A stretch of 63,360 nt of DNA, the filler included, from Octopus bimaculoides (lineage: Eukaryota), in the NCBI RefSeq assembly GCF_001194135.2. It is 4 parts of 3 records of this genome, joined end to end, with 100 filler letters (N's around TTAATTAATTAA, not from the genome) between each part and the next. Parts side by side here need not be neighbours in the genome. Positions count along the whole stretch, not along the records: positions 59,617 to 63,360 come from NC_068984.1; 3 more parts are not named here. One strand, given 5' to 3'. Positions 61,033 to 63,360 of this stretch are shown piece by piece (position 1 is the first letter of the stretch; each line of letters opens with the position of its first letter). A program made the position numbers and the translations under genes. Below the pieces are notes generated by a model that saw only the letters and a program-made list of their open reading frames with translations, made no database searches and was not told the DNA's origin.

Positions 61033-61242
61033 AAACTTGTCGAATGGATTGTCCTTTTTTAATTCAGAGGGCCAACCTAGACCCACTGTGTCACACTGAT
61101 TTTGTCCGAGAATTTCATTAAGAGTATATGTGTCCGTGGAATACTCAGCCACTTACACATAAATTCACTGAACTTCGTAGTTCAGTTAATCGGACAACTG
61201 AAACTTCATGGGTCGGAAATTCTTATAAAGATCTTAAATATA

Positions 61243-61402
61243 GGCGCAGGCGTGGCTGGGTGATTACGAAGCTTGCTTCCAACCTCATGGTTCTCGGTTC
61301 AGTACTACTGCGTGGCATCTTGGGCAAGTGTCTTCTACAATAGCCTCGATCTGAGCAAAGCCTTGTGAGTGGATTTGGTAGACGGAATCTGAAAGAAACC
61401 CA

Positions 61403-61445
<43 letters not shown>

Positions 61446-61600
61446 CAGACACACGCGACGGGTTTCTTTCAGATTCCGTACACCCCCCACACACACACAT
61501 GTGCGTGCGTGTCCTGTCTTTATCTCATACCACCACATGAAACCAGTGATGGTAACTTAGCGGTTCGGCAAACTAAACCGATATAATAAGTGCCCGACTT
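61243..61600 (+). mobile_element. SINE-B (tail truncated)
   Basis: ggcgcaggcgtggctggg...gtggcatcttgggcaagtg...(TG)n...ggtaacttagcggttcggc. Confidence 0.9.
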
Positions 61601-61807
61601 ATTCTCGAGAAAATATTTGAAGAAAAAATTATGATCAGAGTGCACAGGGCTTCACTGTTTTTGTTTTCTGTTTTCGGCTGTCATGTCTGACCGGCTGGTT
61701 TTGAGATCGTCTGTTTAGACAAAATATTACACATATTGCAAGTCGTGTCATTATCATATACTGGTTTAATACCAGCTTATACCTTTTTTTTATTTTCATC
61801 TTTTTGT

Positions 61808-62190
61808 CTTTCTATTTGTTTCAGTCAATGGACTGCGTCCATACTGGAGTAGTGCATTGATGTATTTAGTCGAACAAATCGATCCCAGGATTTATCTTCG
61901 TCAGATACATATTCTATCGGTCTCTCTTTGCCAAACCGCTAGATAATTTAAAGTAACGCAAACAAGTTAGCATCGGTTATTGAGCCGTGGTTGAGGACAA
62001 ACACTAAACAGATACATGTACACGCGCGTGCGCGCACGATGGGCTTCCACCCTGTTTCCCCTACCATATTCACTCAAAAGGTATTGGTCGGCCCAAGGCT
62101 ATAGTAGAAGTGACTTGCTCAAGGTGCCACGCAATGGTACTGAACCCGAAGCCTCGTGGTTGGAAAGCCAGCTTCTGAACCACACAATTA
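61808..62190 (-). mobile_element. SINE-B, full length
   Basis: ttgtttcagtcaatggactgcgtccatactggag...cttgctcaaggtgccacgcaatggtactgaaccc. Confidence 0.85.
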
Positions 62191-62199
62191 TGTTTTGAT

Positions 62200-62830
62200 C
62201 CAATTTTATATTTCTTTTCTCTTAACTTCTTTTTAATCATTTAAGTTATTTTCTCTTAATGAAAACTTATTTTTGCTGCGTGACATTTGTATCTAGAATG
62301 TTATTTGTGTTTTGTTTGTCTTGTTTTTCTTTGTCATGCTTCCATATTATATAGCATTCAATTTACCTTTTGCCTCTAAGTATTTTTCTAGGCCCACAAT
62401 GTTTACTTTGTAATAGTCCTCTATTTGTTTGAGACATCCCCCTTCCCTTGTGGTAGTTGCTACATTCTATCTATCCATACCAGCTATAATCTCATTTCCG
62501 GCACTAAGTTCAGCTTTTAGTAGTATTAAGGCTGACTCCAAACTAATTTTCCTCTTCGTTTCTCTACGCCGTATCTTATCACTTTCAACTCCGATTCAAA
62601 ACACTTGTATGGGCGGTTCTGTTCTAATTCTCTAATTTCACTGCCTAAATCTAACTTGATGTTTTAATTTTTTTAATTAATTTGCCTTTTCCGAGAGAAT
62701 CTTTGGCATATTTGTTTTAATCCTGTACTTATTTTGATATCACTGCTGAATTCATTTGCAGTTTCTTGTAGGTATTCCAACTAGGCGTTGTCTCTTGTAA
62801 CTTGTCTTAAATTATCCATGCAGGAGAGAT
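62200..62830 (-). mobile_element. R4-like LINE RT C-terminal fragment, decayed
   Basis: CMDN (MDD-like)...EFSSDIK..GL; PQGKGGCL..IEDYYKVNIVGLEKYL (RLY.PR..GGRGL-like). Confidence 0.6.
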
Positions 62831-63052
62831 GGTTTATGGTTTGCCTCTATCGCATGTATCTATTGATAGTTAGATCCAGTCGATGTGTTAATGCAGTCGG
62901 CGGGACAGAAATCAGTACCGATAATGAGTCTCCCTTCATAAAGTGTTTTCTTTTTAAGATGATAACACCGGATTTTTCAAATCATCTCTATATCAGGCAA
63001 CGTTATTTAAGTTTATGCATATACATACATACATACATACATACATACATGT

Positions 63053-63360
63053 TGGCACTCCGTCGCTTACGACGTCGAGGGTTCCAGTTGATCCGATCAA
63101 CGGAACAGCCTGCTCGTGAAATTAACGTGCAAGTGGCTGAGCACTCCACAGACACGCGTAGCCTTAACGTAGTTCTCAGAGAGCTTCAGAGTGATAAAGA
63201 ATGTGACAAGGCTGGACCCTTTGAAATACAGGTAATACTCATTTTAACCAGCTGAGTAGACTGGAGCCACATGAAATAGAGTATCTTGTTCAAGGACAGA
63301 TCGCGCTGCCGGGAATCGAACTCACGACCTACAATCGTGAGTCGGATACCTCTAACCACT
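63053..63360 (-). mobile_element. SINE-C, tail type i, ending in (CATA)n
   Basis: tggcactccgtcgcttacgacgtcgagggttccagttgatccgatc...gggaatcgaactcacgacc. Confidence 0.9.

Overview
AT-rich eukaryotic DNA, extremely dense in microsatellites, with many N gaps. It contains no recognisable intact host gene, tRNA/rRNA gene or CRISPR array. Composition and the tRNA-headed SINE families suggest a coleoid cephalopod, probably Octopus (inference). Almost everything identifiable is mobile DNA. There are four recurring tRNA-derived SINE types, which I label myself. SINE-A has head GGCGGCGAGCTGGCAGAA...GAGTTCAAATTCCGCCGAGG. SINE-B has head GGCGCAGGCGTGGCTGTGTGG...GGTTCAGTCCC, an internal (TA/TG)n tract and a CAGTCA-AA-TGACTG terminal hairpin. 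SINE-C and SINE-D share the head GGCGCGTGGCTTAGTGGTTAG but have different 3' tails. There is also a (TAA)n-flanked non-coding element E. Decayed LINE fragments include R4/Dong-like REL elements, RTE and Tx1/L1. The window also has a decayed Penelope-like element with Hydra-clade hallmarks, mariner-derived MITEs and five long inverted-repeat elements. The most notable observations are: (i) a minimal Penelope-type hammerhead ribozyme with an atypical core at 28640-28675, plus two decayed look-alikes; (ii) retroelements sitting in element-specific microsatellites, (TAA)n, (CATA)n and (ATCT)n, including nested and chained insertions and an in-frame endonuclease-deleted R4 derivative; (iii) long foldbacks able to form dsRNA. 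Host exons are only weak candidates. Three N44-TTAATTAATTAA-N44 blocks and two exact gap-flanking duplications are assembly artefacts. All alignments and translations were done by eye, so boundaries are approximate unless stated.
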